In this document: positions 39,087 to 48,549 of the stretch, piece by piece
How the letters are laid out: every line of letters starts with the position of its first letter
Numbering within the stretch: the stretch's first letter is position 1
NCBI GenBank assembly: GCA_035652535.1
Contig: DASRDP010000150.1
Coordinates: 5,265-69,264, forward strand
DNA from: Chloroflexota bacterium
Lineage (GTDB): Bacteria; Chloroflexota; UBA6077; SHYK01
Length of the DNA: 64,000 bases
Reading direction: 5' to 3'
Position numbers and translations under genes: made by a program
The notes under the pieces: model-generated
Told to the model about the DNA's origin: nothing
What the model saw: only the letters and a program-made list of their open reading frames with translations
Database searches by the model: none

Positions 39087-40664
39087 CTAGTGGAGAAATT
39101 CGCGGAGGTAGATCGCCTCTCTGGGGCGCCGCAATCGCCGGAGCGTATCATCTTCGATCTGGCGGATACGCTCGCGGGTGAGACCGAACTCGCGGCCCAC
39201 TTCTTCAAGCGTCCGCGGTCGCCCATCGAGTAGGCCAAATCGCAGAATAAGGATTTGCGACTCGCGCTCGGGCAGCTCGTGCAACAGGTCCCAGATTTGA
39301 CGCTTCAAAATTTCGTACGTGGCCACGTCGGCGGGGACGGCGGCATTCTGGTCCTCGATGATGTCCCCGAGGCAGTGCTCCTGATCGTCCCCAATTGGCG
39401 TCTCGAGGGAGATCGGCTGGCGTGGCACCCGGCGCGCCTGCATCACGCGAGACGATGCGCGGGCGATATCGGCCTGAATCTCGTCGGGGAGTTCCTCAGG
39501 GTGCATGAGGACCTTCGCCTCGAGGATCCGCGCCCGGCGGGCCGGGTCCGGCCACTCCTCCGGATCCAGGTCGGGGCAGATTGTGGCGATGAGCGAAAGC
39601 TCGGTCGACGGCTCCAAGAGGCCCATCATCAGGGCCGCTTCCGCCGGGCTCGGGTCTCGACCAAGGCGTTGGGTGAGGTCGATGGACACCTGTGTGAGGC
39701 GGCTGACCGTCTCGACCATATGGACCGGAATGCGAATGGTTCGGGAGTGATCGGCGACCGAGCGCCCGACCGCTTGACGGATCCACCAGGTCGCGTAGGT
39801 ACTGAATTTGAACCCGAGCCGATGGTCGAACTTGCCAACCGCCCGCATGAGGCCAAGGTTCCCTTCCTGAATCAGGTCGAGCAACGACATCCCGCGGCCC
39901 AGGTACTTCTTCGCCACGCTGACGACGAGGCGCAGGTTCGCTTCGATGAGCTGTCGCTGCGCTGCGTTGGCGTGCTGTTCGATCTCCTCGAAATCGCGGC
40001 AGATTTCGCCGTGAGCGGCCTCGCAGACCGCGGCGATCTCCTCGATTGTCGGAAGCTCTTCGGCGCTGCGCTCCCCCAGCGCACGGTAAATGGCCCGGGG
40101 CAAAAGCCGCGTCGCAATGGAGAACTGAACGATTCGGGACACCGCGTCCGCCTCTGAGATTCCGAGATGCTCTGCCACGATGGAGACGGTCATTCCGTCG
40201 ATGTGGTAATCGATCAGCTCGCGCAGTCCCGGGTCCTGGAGGAGGGATCGAGCGGAGGCGGTGTCGAGTACGGCGAGGCGGGTCAGGGCAGTGGCAACGC
40301 CGAAATTCTGGGCCACCTCAGCAAAGATGGCGATGGCGGTTGCTGTGTCGTGGTCGACGGAAAGCCCCGAATCGCCGATGCAGGCCCGAATGCGGTTGAG
40401 GTTGACAAGCTCTTCGAGGCGACAGGCGAGCCGCTTTTCATCGGCGGCGGTGAGGAGCGGGACTTCGTGGATCTCCTGGAGGTACATTCGGACGGGATCA
40501 TCCGAAGGTTCGATGGCCTCCGCGTTCGCCGCCAGGAGCGGATCGTGCGCGTGGGCCGCGTCTTCTCCGTCGTCGTCGATCCATACCGCGTGCTCGGCGA
40601 CGTCGAGTCCGGAACCCGCGAACGGGTAGCCATCAACCAGAGGCGTGATGATCGGCTGTTGCAT
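39087..40664 (-). CDS. rpoD: Primary RNA polymerase sigma-70 factor RpoD/SigA
   Basis: Region 1.2 ([19 protein letters not shown]), region 2 ([17 protein letters not shown]...[12 protein letters not shown]), regions 3 and 4 ([22 protein letters not shown]). A long non-conserved insert lies between regions 1.2 and 2. Confidence 0.92.
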   Translation of the reverse strand: MQQPIITPLVDGYPFAGSGLDVAEHAVWIDDDGEDAAHAHDPLLAANAEAIEPSDDPVRMYLQEIHEVPLLTAADEKRLACRLEELVNLNRIRACIGDSGLSVDHDTATAIAIFAEVAQNFGVATALTRLAVLDTASARSLLQDPGLRELIDYHIDGMTVSIVAEHLGISEADAVSRIVQFSIATRLLPRAIYRALGERSAEELPTIEEIAAVCEAAHGEICRDFEEIEQHANAAQRQLIEANLRLVVSVAKKYLGRGMSLLDLIQEGNLGLMRAVGKFDHRLGFKFSTYATWWIRQAVGRSVADHSRTIRIPVHMVETVSRLTQVSIDLTQRLGRDPSPAEAALMMGLLEPSTELSLIATICPDLDPEEWPDPARRARILEAKVLMHPEELPDEIQADIARASSRVMQARRVPRQPISLETPIGDDQEHCLGDIIEDQNAAVPADVATYEILKRQIWDLLHELPERESQILILRFGLLDGRPRTLEEVGREFGLTRERIRQIEDDTLRRLRRPREAIYLREFLH

Positions 40665-40809
40665 TCGGCCTCGCCTTGATGAGTAGCACCTTGTAACTCA
40701 TTCGTGCCCCCGCGTGCAAGGCGCCGGGCGGCCAATTGTCCGGTTACGGGCTTTTGATGCAGGCAGATGTTGCAATCGTTCTCCTATGTGTACAATCGCA
40801 ACGAGTTTA

Positions 40810-41859
40810 ATGCGCGAGGACGCACGTGTTACGCAGCCAACGACGTGGGACGGGGAACGAGGTCGTTGGGTGAGCGCGACCACGACGGAGCCGCTCGCGT
40901 TCATCGTGAGCCTCAATGAAGAGCGCGGGGGCGTGCAGTTACCGATCCTCGGCCCTTCGTTCTCCATAGGTCGCGACGGCACCAATAACCTTTGCGTCGC
41001 CGACGATCAGGCTGTGTCCCGTCACCACTGTGTGATACACGTCATGGGGGCGTCCCTCATGATCGAAGACTGCAGCAGAAATGGGACGTACCTGGACGGA
41101 AAGCGCGTCGCGGGAATCGCGCCCCTCCCGGTTCCCGCTTCCGTCTTGGTCGGGCACACGCGGTTGGCCGTCGTGCCGAACCGCGCCGACGACGGCGACG
41201 TCACCTCTATCATCGAGACGTCCTTCTCCACGGAGGACAGCGTCATCATTCCCGGCACGAGCTTCCTGCGCATGCGAACCGATGCCTACCTCGTGGTCGA
41301 CGTCGTGAACTCCACGCGCCTCGTCCAGGCAGATGGTCCATACTTCGCCAAGCTCATGCTCGCGATGGGTCGCGCCCTCGAGCGTTCGCTGAAAACGGAG
41401 AGCGAGCCGTTCCTCAAGTGCACCGGTGACGGGTATTTCGCGTGTTTCGGGTCCGCGGGCTCCGCGCTCGACGCAGGCATGCGGCTGGCGCCCACTCTCG
41501 CCAAGCAAATGCCCGTGAATGCGCAACTGTCCATCGCACTTCACTGGGGTCCATCCCACTTGACAGAACAAGGGGACCGAATCGGCAACAACGTCCACGC
41601 AGTCTTCTCACTGGAGCAGCTCCGCCACGACGACGCGGCTCTCGAGGAGGAGATGGCATCGCAGTCGACCGCCGATCTGGTGCTGATGACGGAGCCATTC
41701 TGGGCCGAGCTGGCAGATTCGGATCGCGCGCTCGCGCGCCCGCTGGGTCTGTTTCGCCTCAAGGGGATGGATGAGGGGATGCGTGTCTACCGCTGGATGC
41801 CGCCTGCCCGCGAGCGGGCGAACGAGCTGCGCCAGACTCCCGGTTCGCACGCTGACTGA
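40810..41859 (+). CDS. FHA-domain protein fused to a class III adenylate/guanylate cyclase (CHD) domain
   Basis: FHA domain (FSIGRDGTNNLCVADDQAVSRHHCVIHVMGASLMIEDCSRNGTYLDGKRV), then a cyclase domain (YLVVDVVNSTRL...KCTGDGYFACFGS...RLKGMDEGMRVYRW). Start at ATG 40810. Confidence 0.8.
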   Translation: MREDARVTQPTTWDGERGRWVSATTTEPLAFIVSLNEERGGVQLPILGPSFSIGRDGTNNLCVADDQAVSRHHCVIHVMGASLMIEDCSRNGTYLDGKRVAGIAPLPVPASVLVGHTRLAVVPNRADDGDVTSIIETSFSTEDSVIIPGTSFLRMRTDAYLVVDVVNSTRLVQADGPYFAKLMLAMGRALERSLKTESEPFLKCTGDGYFACFGSAGSALDAGMRLAPTLAKQMPVNAQLSIALHWGPSHLTEQGDRIGNNVHAVFSLEQLRHDDAALEEEMASQSTADLVLMTEPFWAELADSDRALARPLGLFRLKGMDEGMRVYRWMPPARERANELRQTPGSHAD

Positions 41860-41991
41860 TCGTGCGGACGCGAGCCACGACGGGGTGTGATGACCGCCCG
41901 CAAATCAGTCGTGTTGTTGGCAGCGCGTCTGCGCCCTGCGACACAGCGCGGGGTGGACAGTTCAGCTTCCTGTACCATGGGCGGGCTCGCC

Positions 41992-42672
41992 TTACCCGTC
42001 GTTCGATACGCGCACCCAGATCTTGTGGGCGACTGGCAGGCTGATGGGGACTGATTCCTCGCCTCGTCGAAGCACGATCATGTCGTTGTACGGTTCAACC
42101 TCTGCCACGTCGAACTCGCGCCCCGGGAGCAGCCCCGTTCGCTGAAAATATCCCAGGAGATCCCGGTCGCTCTCGGCGTCCTCCGATATCCGCTCGATGA
42201 TCGCGTGGTCACCGGCCTTCGCATCCTCGAGGCGCGTGGCGCCCGAGGGCGTCGTGGGCGCGTAGCCGGGAATGGGGCTGCCGTGCGGACACGTGGTGGG
42301 GTCGCCCAGAATCGCCAGAATGCGCTCCTCAACTTTCGGGGAGATCGCGTGCTCGAAGCGATGGGCCTCCTCGTGCACATCCGCCCAGTCGATGCCGAGG
42401 ATGTCGATGAGCAGGCGCTCCGCAAGCCGGTGCCGGCGCACCATCGTCTCTGCGCGCTCGTGGCCGACGTCCGTCAGGACGACTTCCTTCTGCGGAGTCA
42501 CGGTGATGAGGCCGTCGCGGGCCATGCGGTGCAGCGTGGCCGTGACTGTTGGTGGAGCGACGCTCAGCGCTTCTGCCAGGCGGGCGGCGATGACCGTGCG
42601 GCCTTCGTGCGAGATGGTGTAGATGTTCAACAAGTAGTCTTCGACGGTTTTTGATGTCTTATCTTCGATCAC
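41992..42672 (-). CDS. DtxR/IdeR/MntR-family metal-dependent repressor with C-terminal SH3-like (FeoA) domain
   Basis: HTH (TVEDYLLNIYTISHEGRTVIAARLAEALSVAPPTVTATLHRMARDGLI), the metal-binding helix, and a FeoA-like C-terminus. Confidence 0.88.
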   Translation of the reverse strand: MIEDKTSKTVEDYLLNIYTISHEGRTVIAARLAEALSVAPPTVTATLHRMARDGLITVTPQKEVVLTDVGHERAETMVRRHRLAERLLIDILGIDWADVHEEAHRFEHAISPKVEERILAILGDPTTCPHGSPIPGYAPTTPSGATRLEDAKAGDHAIIERISEDAESDRDLLGYFQRTGLLPGREFDVAEVEPYNDMIVLRRGEESVPISLPVAHKIWVRVSNDG

Positions 42673-42696
42673 GAAACACCATCCAGCTTTTCGATG

Positions 42697-43575
42697 TCAC
42701 ACCCTCGCGTTCGCTTGCGCTCGTTGGACTGCCTGGTCGAGGGAGCGCCGTGCGTACACCTCGGCCATCGCCTTTCGATACTCGCCACTCGCCATGATGT
42801 CGCTTTCGGGCGCGATATCCGCGCACGCGGCGCGCGCGGCCTCGCGGATCCGTTCCGACGTCGGCTCGTGTCCGACGAGGACCTGCGCCGCCTCGGCCGC
42901 GAAGCGCGGCGTCGCATCGACTCCGGCCAGAGCAAGGCGCACGTCTGCGCACGCGCCGCGCGAGTCGAGGGCGACACTGGCTGCTGCCGCGACGATCGCG
43001 AAATCTCCCTTACGCCGAACCAGCTCCTGGAACGACACGCCAGCGCTGGGCGGCGATTTCGGGAAGCGCACGTGCGTCAGCAGTTCGCCCTCCCCGATCG
43101 CCGTGGTCAAGTATGTGACGAAGAAGTCGGCGGCGGAAACCTCACGAGTGCCGGCCGCGCCGGCCAGGCGCATCGTTGCCCCGAGACACGTCGCCACGGT
43201 CGGGATCTCGGCAACCGGATCGGCGTGGGCCACGCTGCCACCGATGGTCCCACGATTGCGGACCTGCCGATCGCCGATCAGCGGCATCGCTTCTGCCAGG
43301 AGTGGACAACATCGCCGGACCGTGGCGCTGCTAAGCGCCGCCGCGTGGCGCGCCGTGGCGCCCACGACCAACTCTCCGTCCACCTCTTCCATCGAATCGA
43401 GAGAGGCGATGCCGTTGATGTCCACGAGGACAGATGGCCGCGCAAGACCGAGATTGATGAGGGCGATGAGGCTCTGACCGCCAGCGAGGACCTTTGCGTC
43501 CGGCCCACTTGCGCTCAGGATCTCGATCGCCTCGGGGACGGACGCCGCACGCCGGTACTCAAACGTCGCGACCAT
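42697..43575 (-). CDS. Xanthine dehydrogenase/CO dehydrogenase-family FAD-binding subunit (CoxM/CutB-like)
   Basis: LAGGQSLIALINLG...RNRGTIGGS FAD-binding PCMH motifs and the CO_deh_flav_C domain. Start at MVATFEYRRA. Confidence 0.8.
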   Translation of the reverse strand: MVATFEYRRAASVPEAIEILSASGPDAKVLAGGQSLIALINLGLARPSVLVDINGIASLDSMEEVDGELVVGATARHAAALSSATVRRCCPLLAEAMPLIGDRQVRNRGTIGGSVAHADPVAEIPTVATCLGATMRLAGAAGTREVSAADFFVTYLTTAIGEGELLTHVRFPKSPPSAGVSFQELVRRKGDFAIVAAAASVALDSRGACADVRLALAGVDATPRFAAEAAQVLVGHEPTSERIREAARAACADIAPESDIMASGEYRKAMAEVYARRSLDQAVQRAQANARV

Positions 43576-43682
43576 GCGCTCTTCCTCCGGCCGCGGAACG
43601 CCTATGGGTAGCAAGATGATACCAGAGGGCGGATTTTGCCGGGACGCGCGACCGACCCGTAGAATCGTGGGGCAATGGTCGA

Positions 43683-43770
43683 GGAGAGGTCGCCTAGCGG
43701 CCTAGGGCGCTCGCCTGGAAAGCGAGTAGGGGGCAACCCCTCGTGGGTTCGAATCCCACCCTCTCCGCCA
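43683..43770 (+). tRNA. tRNA-Ser (GGA anticodon), type II with a long variable arm
   Basis: GGAGAGGTCGCCTAGCGGCCTAGGGCGCTCGCCTGGAAAGCGAGTAGGGGGCAACCCCTCGTGGGTTCGAATCCCACCCTCTCCGCCA. Anticodon loop CTGGAAA, long variable arm, 3' CCA encoded. Confidence 0.9.
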
Positions 43771-43788
43771 CGAGGCGCGAGGCAGCGC

Positions 43789-44535
43789 ATTCAGCAATTT
43801 GCGCGCATCGTCCTCGCCGTTGTGGTCGGCACGGCAAATACCGCGTGCCTACTCGCGGGTCAGCAGACGACGGCTCGATCGACCCCCACCGTCACGCCCA
43901 TTCGCATCGAGGTGCCACGCTCAGCGGACCAAACGCGGAGCCCGGCTGTGACTGCGCAGCCCCCGCCTCCAACGCCCGCCGTCCCCACGGTCGCCCTCAC
44001 ACCGACGCCCGTTGCGTTGGGGACTCGCACGGCGCTCGAGTCCCCGACGGCGGCGGCTGGCCCACGGTATACCGTGCAGCAGGGAGACACGCTCTACGGG
44101 CTGGCGCGCCGTTTCGACGTCCAGCCGAGCGACATCGCTGGGCCGAACGGGCTCTCGCCGGACGCTGGGCTGCGCACAGGCCAGTCGCTCCTTCTGCCCG
44201 CGGGCACGTGGTCCGACCATATGGCGATCCGCGTGACTCAACCGAACCCATCTGCGCGGGTCACGTCGCCGATCGTCGTTCGTGGCACCGCGGCCACGTT
44301 CGAAGGGTTGGTGGTGGTGGAGGCGCAGGATTCTGCGGGCACGCGCTTGGCCCAGGTGTCCGCAAAGGCGGCGAGCGCCGATGCTGGGCTCCACGGTCCC
44401 TTCGAAGCCTCATTGTCCATTCCGGCATCGACGGGCGATCGGGCGATCACGATCCTCGTCTACTGGCCGAGCCCCCGGGATGGCAGCCCGTCGGACGAGA
44501 TCCGTATTCCGGTCACCGTCGCGCCAGCCGGTTGA
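43789..44535 (+). CDS. Secreted LysM-domain protein with a C-terminal GerMN/Ig-like domain
   Basis: Signal-peptide-like IVLAVVVGTANTACLLAG, a Pro/Thr-rich linker, LysM (YTVQQGDTLYGLARRFDVQPSDIAGPNG) and a C-terminal beta-rich domain. There is no canonical start before the hydrophobic region (GTG at 43822 or ATT at 43789), so the start is uncertain. The track ORF overlaps tRNA-Ser and is too long. Confidence 0.55.
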   Translation: MQQFARIVLAVVVGTANTACLLAGQQTTARSTPTVTPIRIEVPRSADQTRSPAVTAQPPPPTPAVPTVALTPTPVALGTRTALESPTAAAGPRYTVQQGDTLYGLARRFDVQPSDIAGPNGLSPDAGLRTGQSLLLPAGTWSDHMAIRVTQPNPSARVTSPIVVRGTAATFEGLVVVEAQDSAGTRLAQVSAKAASADAGLHGPFEASLSIPASTGDRAITILVYWPSPRDGSPSDEIRIPVTVAPAG

Positions 44536-44654
44536 CGCCCGCTCGGGCGCCCCATAGAATTCATATGGTCGTGCTAGACGGGGAGCTAGCGGTGCCCTGT
44601 ACCCGCAATCCGCTCTAGCGGGGTTGAATTCCTGCCCGAGGTCGGGCGTTGTCC

Positions 44655-44795
44655 GGACAGCTCCTGGTCGGGCGGTGTTGATGGTTCGGTCCTGCGCGGC
44701 AGAGACCTGTGAACCCCGCCAGGTCCGGGAGGAAGCAACGGTAAACGGTGCTCTCTGGGTGCCGCAGGGGTGCCGGGCCGGAGCAAGCCAGCCAG
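44655..44795 (+). ncRNA. ffs: Signal recognition particle RNA (4.5S / ffs), small bacterial type
   Basis: CCUGCGCGGCAGAGACCUGUGAACCCCGCCAGGUCC-GGGA-GGAAGCAACGGUAAACGGUGCUCUCUGGGUGCCGCAGG. This carries the conserved domain IV motif (CAGGUCC-GNRA tetraloop-GGAAGCA) and a closing helix (CCUGCG...CGCAGG). The exact ends are approximate. Confidence 0.65.
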
Positions 44796-44903
44796 GGAGG
44801 CGCGGGGAGCGTTCCGATCGACGGCAGGTGCACGGCCCAGCTTCACCATATTGTCGCTTCGCCGCTTGTGCCTCTCACGGCGGCCGCCACGAATAGCAGC
44901 CCG

Positions 44904-45743
44904 TTGACAGACATTTCTCCGTTCTCACCCGCGGCCGCGTTGCACGCCATCGACCGCCGACCAGACCGTCGCTTGTCCCAGACGTTCCTCTGCGAGGCCG
45001 GCGTCGCGCGCGCAATGGTTGCGGTTGCGGGGATCGCCTCGCACGATCAGGTCCTCGAGATCGGCCCTGGACTGGGGATGCTGACGAGGGAGCTGGTGCG
45101 AACGGGCGCCCGGGTCGTGGCGGTAGAGTTGGATCGAACGCTCGCCGAGGCGCTCCCCGGCGCGCTCCGCAATCCCGAGAATCTGCGCGTCGTCCATGCA
45201 GATGCGCTCCAGACCGATGTGGCCGAGCTGGTCGAGGAGCCGTTCACCGTCGTGGCCAACCTGCCGTATCACGTCGCCACGCCGCTGCTCTTCAAGCTAG
45301 CCTTTCGGCGGCCTCGCCCTCGGCGCATCGTCGCCATGGTCCAGCAGGAGGTCGCTCAGCGCATCGTCGGGCGAGGGGCCAATGCCGACTTTCTGTCGGT
45401 CGCGTTCGGCCTGATGGCCGAATCAAAGATCGTCCGACGCGTCTCGCCCGGCTGCTTCTTCCCCATGCCGAAAGTGCAGTCGGCGGTGCTGCGGCTCGAT
45501 CTGCTCTCAGAACCGCGCGTGGAGGTGGACCCTGTCGAGCGATTTCTCGATTTTCTCCATGCCGGCTTCGCGCAGCCGCGGAAACAGCTCCACAATTCTC
45601 TTGGCGATGGGCTTGGCATAGATCCCGTCGAGGTCCAGGAGGCCGCTCGCCGGGCGTCCATCAATCCAACCAGCCGTCCCGGCGCTCTTTCCCTCGGGGA
45701 CTGGGTGAGCCTGTATCGGGCAGTGCGCGGCAGCGATGGCTAG
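44904..45743 (+). CDS. rsmA: 16S rRNA (adenine1518/1519-N6)-dimethyltransferase RsmA/KsgA
   Basis: LSQTFL (GQNFL-like), VLEIGPGLGMLT and NLPYHVATP motifs. The start is tentatively TTG 44904; the track start at 44748 lies inside the SRP RNA region. Confidence 0.8.
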   Translation: MTDISPFSPAAALHAIDRRPDRRLSQTFLCEAGVARAMVAVAGIASHDQVLEIGPGLGMLTRELVRTGARVVAVELDRTLAEALPGALRNPENLRVVHADALQTDVAELVEEPFTVVANLPYHVATPLLFKLAFRRPRPRRIVAMVQQEVAQRIVGRGANADFLSVAFGLMAESKIVRRVSPGCFFPMPKVQSAVLRLDLLSEPRVEVDPVERFLDFLHAGFAQPRKQLHNSLGDGLGIDPVEVQEAARRASINPTSRPGALSLGDWVSLYRAVRGSDG

Positions 45744-46653
45744 CACGTCCCACGCGGAGGCAGTCGTGCGCGCCCACGCCAAGATCAACCTATGCCTCGA
45801 GGTCATCGGTCGACGCGCCGACGGCTATCACGAGGTCGCAACCGTGCTCCAGACCATCGACCTCGCCGACCGCCTGCGCATGGTCAGGGCAGATCATGTG
45901 CGATTGCAGTGCCACGGCATGGAGGTCGAATCGGACAACCTGATATTGCGCGCCGCCTCCATGCTGAAAGCGCGCCTCGGCGTTCGATGGGGATGCGAGA
46001 TCACGTGCTGGAAGCGGATCCCGATCGCCGCCGGGCTGGGCGGGGGCAGCGCCGACGCCGCCGCCACGCTCGTCGGCCTCAATCGGCTCTGGGACCTCTC
46101 GCTGACGCGCGCGGAGCTGATGGAGCTCGCGTCGGAGATTGGCTCCGACGTCCCCTTCGCCGTGCACGGGGGCGCGGCACTCGCCCGCGGGACGGGAACA
46201 GCCCTCGACCCGCTCCCCGACGCGGGTCTCCACTGGCTGGTCCTCGTTCCCCTGGAGGCTGGATCGCCCCGCAAGTCCGCCGAGATGTATCGTGCGCTCG
46301 GGGTCGCCGACTTTACGTCGGGGGCGGCCGCCCAGCGCTTGGCCGACTCCCTGGCACGGGGGACGCTGCAATACGGCGACGTGGGATCGGCATTCACGCG
46401 CCCGGCCCTCCAGCGCTGGCCGGAGGTGGGCCGCGCGATGTCCGCGCTCCAATCGACGAACCCGCTCGGCGTCTCGGTGAGCGGCGCGGGCCCTTCCGTA
46501 TTCGCCCTGTATCAGAGCCGGCGGGACGCGGATCGGGCGTGCGCGACGGCGCGGGCGGCGGGAATCCACGCGTCGGTGCACCGGTTCGCCCTACAAGACG
46601 ATTCTTGGGTCGGTTCAGACGTCTCAAGCGGGAATGGCGCGGCCGCGAGGTAG
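45736..46653 (+). CDS. ispE: 4-diphosphocytidyl-2-C-methyl-D-erythritol kinase IspE
   Basis: AKINLCLEV, PIAAGLGGGSADAAATL (GHMP kinase motif). ksgA-ispE synteny. Confidence 0.88.
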   Translation: MASTSHAEAVVRAHAKINLCLEVIGRRADGYHEVATVLQTIDLADRLRMVRADHVRLQCHGMEVESDNLILRAASMLKARLGVRWGCEITCWKRIPIAAGLGGGSADAAATLVGLNRLWDLSLTRAELMELASEIGSDVPFAVHGGAALARGTGTALDPLPDAGLHWLVLVPLEAGSPRKSAEMYRALGVADFTSGAAAQRLADSLARGTLQYGDVGSAFTRPALQRWPEVGRAMSALQSTNPLGVSVSGAGPSVFALYQSRRDADRACATARAAGIHASVHRFALQDDSWVGSDVSSGNGAAAR

Positions 46654-46690
46654 TGAGCCGCATCGCGGCCGGTCCACGGCCGCCTGGGAC

Positions 46691-48433
46691 ATGGAGGGAG
46701 TAGTGCTGGCGCGAACGCTCGTCCTCACGGTTGGCCTCGTCGTGCTCGCCACGAGTTGTGGCGCCCCATCCCCCCTTCCAGAGACCGCCGCGCAGACGCG
46801 GCCCAAATCGCAAACGACGATCACGATCGGGATCGCCAACAGCGTCGACGCCCTGTCCGTGATGGGCAGCAGCACGACGAGTGGCGGATGGCAGTCGCTG
46901 AATGAGATCCACTCTCAGGGACTGGTGACCGCCGATCGGGAGGTTGCGCGTCCCATCCCCCGCCTGGCGTCGGAGCTTCCATCCTTCGATCGTGGGACGC
47001 TGGAGATGCTGCCCGACGGGCGTATGAAGAGCGCGTACCCGCTTCGTAAGGATGTGACCTGGCAGGACGGCGAGCCCTTCACGGCGCAGGACATGGTCTT
47101 CGCGTATCAGATCGATTCGGATCCGAATCTGCCGTTCCTCAATCGCGACGCCATCCAGGAGATGGATTCGGTGGAGGCATCGGACGACTCGACCTTTGTG
47201 ATTTACTGGCGCGGTCCATACTACCAGGCCGACTCCATGGGCCTGCGTGCCCTCTGGCCCCAGCCGAAACATCTCCTCGAAACGCCGTACCACACCCTCG
47301 ATCGTCCGGCGTTCGTCAACCTGTCGTACTGGACGGCAGACTACATCCACGTAGGCCCGTTTCGCCTGGCCGAGTTCCATCCTGGGGAGTCGTTGGTCTT
47401 CACGGCATACGACGGCTACTTTCTTGGACGCCCCAGAACCGATCGAATCGTGGTCCGCATCTTCAACGACAACGACGCGCTGTATTCAGCCGTGCTCGCC
47501 GGCGCTGTCGACATGCTGATGGACAACTCCTTGGGCGCGGAGCTGGGCTTGCAGCTCAAAGATGACTGGGATGCCAGCGGCAAGGGGACCGTGTATGTGG
47601 GGACCGGCACGACACGCTTCCTGAGCCCGCAGTTTGACCCGGAGATCCAGCAGTTGCCCGCCGTGCTTGATGCACGCGTCCGACAAGCACTGCTGTTCGG
47701 GTTGGATCGCAAGGCGCTATCGGAGGTGGTGCAGCGTGGCCACGGCGAATTGGTCGCCAACTCCCTTCTGCCCCCGGGCGATCGCCTACACGATGCCGTG
47801 AAGGATGGCTTTGCGCAGTACGTGTTCGATCAAAATCGGGCGCGCTCTATGCTGGCCGACCTGGGATGGAGCCCCGGACCTGATGGCATCCTCGTCGGGC
47901 CCCAGGGTCGGCGGTTCGCCACCGTTCTCTGGACCACCGAGGGTGACGAAAAAGAGATCGCGGTCATCGCCGACTATTGGAAGCAGATCGGTGTCGCCAC
48001 CGAACAGTATGTGGTGGCCGGGGCAATCGTGCGCGATCGAGGCGCCCGATCCAAGTACCCGGGATTCGAGACCTCCGCTCGTGGGTCGGGCGACTCGATC
48101 CTTGCGCGGGTCGATAGTCGCACGTCCGCGGGCCCGCGGAACAACTACTCGGGCGCGAACCGCGGTCATTACGTGAATCCCCACATGGACGATCTCATCG
48201 ATCGGTACCGTCAGAGCCCCGGCGAGCGCGATCAGGTGGCCGCGATCAAGGCGCTGTCGGACTACATGGCGGCGGAGCTGCCGCTCATGCTCCTCTATTA
48301 CAATCCCACCACCCCCGCGGCGCGATCCGGCATTCGGGCCTTTGACGACTTTCGGGGCGGCTCCGAGGCGAGTCGGCCCTTCGGAACCTTCAGCCGCAAC
48401 GCGCACGAGTGGGAAGTGATCTCACCGTCGTAG
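46691..48433 (+). CDS. ABC transporter substrate-binding lipoprotein, family 5 (peptide/nickel/opine type)
   Basis: Signal peptide with lipobox LVVLATSCG, then an SBP_bac_5 fold. Start at ATG 46691 (MEGVVLAR). Confidence 0.8.
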   Translation: MEGVVLARTLVLTVGLVVLATSCGAPSPLPETAAQTRPKSQTTITIGIANSVDALSVMGSSTTSGGWQSLNEIHSQGLVTADREVARPIPRLASELPSFDRGTLEMLPDGRMKSAYPLRKDVTWQDGEPFTAQDMVFAYQIDSDPNLPFLNRDAIQEMDSVEASDDSTFVIYWRGPYYQADSMGLRALWPQPKHLLETPYHTLDRPAFVNLSYWTADYIHVGPFRLAEFHPGESLVFTAYDGYFLGRPRTDRIVVRIFNDNDALYSAVLAGAVDMLMDNSLGAELGLQLKDDWDASGKGTVYVGTGTTRFLSPQFDPEIQQLPAVLDARVRQALLFGLDRKALSEVVQRGHGELVANSLLPPGDRLHDAVKDGFAQYVFDQNRARSMLADLGWSPGPDGILVGPQGRRFATVLWTTEGDEKEIAVIADYWKQIGVATEQYVVAGAIVRDRGARSKYPGFETSARGSGDSILARVDSRTSAGPRNNYSGANRGHYVNPHMDDLIDRYRQSPGERDQVAAIKALSDYMAAELPLMLLYYNPTTPAARSGIRAFDDFRGGSEASRPFGTFSRNAHEWEVISPS

Positions 48434-48549
48434 CTCGTCAACCCGAGATGGGCGGCTCCATACCCTCACGGGCTGCGTAATGCGCCGGGGGGTTTTCTAC
48501 CGAGGGTCGCTCTTGCCCGCGGCGATCAACTTTTTGGGGAGGGAGACGC

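Noticed and set aside
41860-41991. Possible terminator hairpin between the cyclase and dtxR
   Set aside because: Only a weak 4-bp GGCG/CGCC stem with no T-tract.
44536-44660. Possible long (Bacillus-type) SRP RNA with an Alu domain upstream of the domain IV core
   Set aside because: I could not find convincing 5'/3' terminal pairing or Alu-domain motifs, so I called only the short 4.5S-type core.
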